This document shows positions 61,659 to 64,000 of a stretch of DNA of 64,000 bases, piece after piece; within the stretch, counting starts at the first letter, position 1; every line of letters starts with the position of its first letter. The DNA lies in assembly GCF_016026235.1 (NCBI RefSeq), contig NZ_CP065613.1, one strand, 5' to 3'. A model generated the notes under the pieces. That model saw nothing but the letters and a program-made list of their open reading frames with translations. It searched no databases and was not told the DNA's origin. This stretch comes from Escherichia coli. GTDB taxonomy: Bacteria > Pseudomonadota > Gammaproteobacteria > Enterobacterales > Enterobacteriaceae. A program made the position numbers and the translations under genes.

Positions 61659-62492
61659 ATGGATAATGCTGTTGATCGCCACGTTTTTTATATTTCTGAT
61701 GGTACGGCAATAACTGCGGAGGTATTAGGACACGCAGTAATGTCACAATTTCCCGTCACTATCAGCAGCATTACGCTGCCGTTTGTCGAAAATGAGAGCC
61801 GTGCACGGGCAGTGAAGGATCAGATTGACGCAATTTATCACCAGACAGGCGTGCGCCCGCTGGTCTTCTACTCCATCGTGTTGCCGGAGATTCGCGCCAT
61901 CATCTTGCAAAGTGAAGGCTTTTGCCAGGATATCGTTCAGGCGCTGGTTGCCCCGCTACAACAAGAGATGAAACTGGATCCAACGCCGATTGCTCATCGT
62001 ACCCATGGCCTTAACCCTAATAATCTCAATAAATATGATGCGCGCATTGCGGCGATTGATTACACCCTCGCCCACGATGACGGCATTTCGTTGCGCAATC
62101 TGGATCAGGCTCAGGTGATCCTGCTCGGTGTTTCTCGCTGTGGTAAAACCCCCACCAGTCTGTATCTGGCAATGCAATTTGGTATCCGCGCGGCAAACTA
62201 CCCCTTTATTGCCGACGATATGGATAATCTGGTGCTACCCGCGTCGCTCAAACCGCTTCAGCATAAATTGTTCGGCCTGACTATCGACCCGGAACGTCTG
62301 GCGGCGATTCGCGAGGAACGTCGGGAGAACAGTCGCTATGCCTCGCTTCGTCAGTGCAGGATGGAAGTCGCGGAAGTGGAAGCCTTGTACCGTAAAAATC
62401 AGATCCCGTGGATTAACAGTACCAATTATTCGGTAGAAGAGATTGCCACCAAGATCCTCGATATCATGGGCCTTAGTCGCCGAATGTACTAG
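61659..62492 (+). CDS. ppsR: PEP synthase regulatory kinase/phosphorylase
   Basis: 277 aa; divergent from ppsA. Confidence 0.9.
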
Positions 62493-62503
62493 AGAACTAG
62501 TGC
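62486..62503 (+). promoter_or_regulatory. TrpR operator of aroH
   Basis: GTACTAGAGAACTAGTGC matches the TrpR operator palindrome (GTACTAG-N-CTAGTAC type); overlaps ppsR stop codon. Confidence 0.65.
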
Positions 62504-62648
62504 ATTAGCTTATTTTTTTGTTATCATGCTAACCACCCGGCGAGGTGTGACACACCTCGCACTTGAAATCAGCAGCGATTGGTTTATCGTGATGCGCATC
62601 ACTTCCCGGCAGTCCTGCCGTAGAAGCAACAAATTTCTGAGACTTGTA

Positions 62649-63695
62649 ATGAACAGAACTGACGAACTCCGTACTGCGCGTATTGAGAGCCTGGTAACGC
62701 CCGCCGAACTCGCGCTACGGTATCCCGTAACGCCTGGCGTCGCCACCCATGTCACCGACTCCCGCCGCAGAATTGAAAAAATACTGAATGGTGAAGATAA
62801 GCGACTGTTGGTCATTATTGGCCCCTGCTCGATCCACGATCTCACCGCTGCAATGGAGTACGCCACCCGTCTGCAGTCGCTGCGCAACCAGTACCAGTCA
62901 CGGCTGGAAATCGTAATGCGCACCTATTTTGAAAAACCACGAACTGTTGTCGGCTGGAAAGGGCTAATCTCCGATCCGGATTTAAACGGCAGCTATCGGG
63001 TAAATCACGGTCTGGAGCTGGCGCGCAAATTACTTTTACAGGTAAATGAGCTGGGCGTCCCAACCGCGACTGAGTTCCTCGATATGGTGACCGGTCAGTT
63101 TATTGCTGATTTAATCAGTTGGGGCGCGATTGGCGCACGTACTACCGAAAGTCAGATCCACCGTGAAATGGCTTCGGCACTCTCCTGTCCGGTAGGTTTT
63201 AAAAATGGTACCGATGGCAATACGCGGATTGCTGTGGATGCTATCCGCGCAGCCCGCGCCAGCCATATGTTCCTCTCGCCAGACAAAAATGGTCAGATGA
63301 CCATCTATCAGACCAGCGGCAACCCGTATGGCCACATTATTATGCGTGGCGGCAAAAAACCGAATTATCATGCCGATGATATCGCCGCAGCCTGCGATAC
63401 GCTGCACGAGTTTGATTTACCTGAACATCTGGTGGTGGATTTCAGCCACGGTAACTGCCAGAAGCAGCACCGTCGCCAGTTAGAAGTTTGTGAGGATATT
63501 TGTCAGCAAATCCGCAATGGCTCTACGGCGATTGCTGGAATTATGGCGGAAAGTTTCCTGCGCGAAGGAACGCAAAAAATCGTCGGCAGTCAGCCGCTCA
63601 CTTACGGTCAATCCATTACCGACCCGTGTCTGGGCTGGGAAGATACCGAACGCCTGGTCGAAAAACTCGCCTCTGCGGTAGATACCCGCTTCTGA
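62649..63695 (+). CDS. aroH: DAHP synthase, Trp-sensitive
   Basis: 348 aa from MNRTDELRTARIESLVTPAEL... Confidence 0.93.
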   Translation: MNRTDELRTARIESLVTPAELALRYPVTPGVATHVTDSRRRIEKILNGEDKRLLVIIGPCSIHDLTAAMEYATRLQSLRNQYQSRLEIVMRTYFEKPRTVVGWKGLISDPDLNGSYRVNHGLELARKLLLQVNELGVPTATEFLDMVTGQFIADLISWGAIGARTTESQIHREMASALSCPVGFKNGTDGNTRIAVDAIRAARASHMFLSPDKNGQMTIYQTSGNPYGHIIMRGGKKPNYHADDIAAACDTLHEFDLPEHLVVDFSHGNCQKQHRRQLEVCEDICQQIRNGSTAIAGIMAESFLREGTQKIVGSQPLTYGQSITDPCLGWEDTERLVEKLASAVDTRF

Positions 63696-63701
63696 ATGCG
63701 T

Positions 63702-63729
63702 GCCCATTCCTGACGGAATGGGCATTTCT
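63702..63729 (+). terminator. Terminator after aroH
   Basis: GCCCATTCC TGAC GGAATGGGC followed by ATTTCTG. Confidence 0.65.
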
Positions 63730-63784
63730 GCGCAACTTGTTGTCTTCTCAACAAATTACTGCTTGCTCTGGTCTGCCATAATAT

Positions 63785-63803
63785 TGATAATAAGAATCAT
63801 TGT
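63785..63803. promoter_or_regulatory. Fur-box-like sequence upstream of ydiE
   Basis: TGATAATAAGAATCATTGT ~25 bp upstream of ydiE ATG. Confidence 0.5.
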
Positions 63804-63826
63804 TATATCAATTATTATTAATCTTT

Positions 63827-64000
63827 ATGCGTTATACGGATAGCAGAAAACTCACGCCTGAAACGGACGCCAATCACAAGGCTGCTTCCCCGCAGCCCAT
63901 CCGGCGAATTACCAGCCAGACACTGTTAGGTCCGGATGGCAAACTGATTATCGATCATGACGGGCAAGAATATCTGCTCCGTAAAACTCAGGCTGGCAAG
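63827..64000 (+). CDS. ydiE: HemP-like small protein YdiE, 3' end beyond window
   Basis: [18 protein letters not shown]..., open to window end. Confidence 0.8.
   Translation, partial: MRYTDSRKLTPETDANHKAASPQPIRRITSQTLLGPDGKLIIDHDGQEYLLRKTQAGK

Overview
This 64 kb window is a chromosomal core segment of an Escherichia/Shigella-type genome, collinear gene for gene with the E. coli K-12 gloA-rnt-lhr ... ppsA-ppsR-aroH-ydiE region. I found no CRISPR array, prophage, integron, toxin-antitoxin cassette or foreign gene block, and no evidence of a novel multi-gene system. I call about 55 protein genes, two tandem tRNA-Val genes, the sRNA rprA, and several terminators and operator sites. What departs from the K-12 layout is gene decay: an IS10-like (IS4-family) element in lhr, an IS1 in ydhS, a frameshift in ydiM, a single ochre codon in ydiP, and a frameshift plus amber codon in fadK. 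That pattern fits a Shigella or other host-adapted E. coli lineage. Gene identities come from recognising the translated ORFs and their order from memory; no database search was run.
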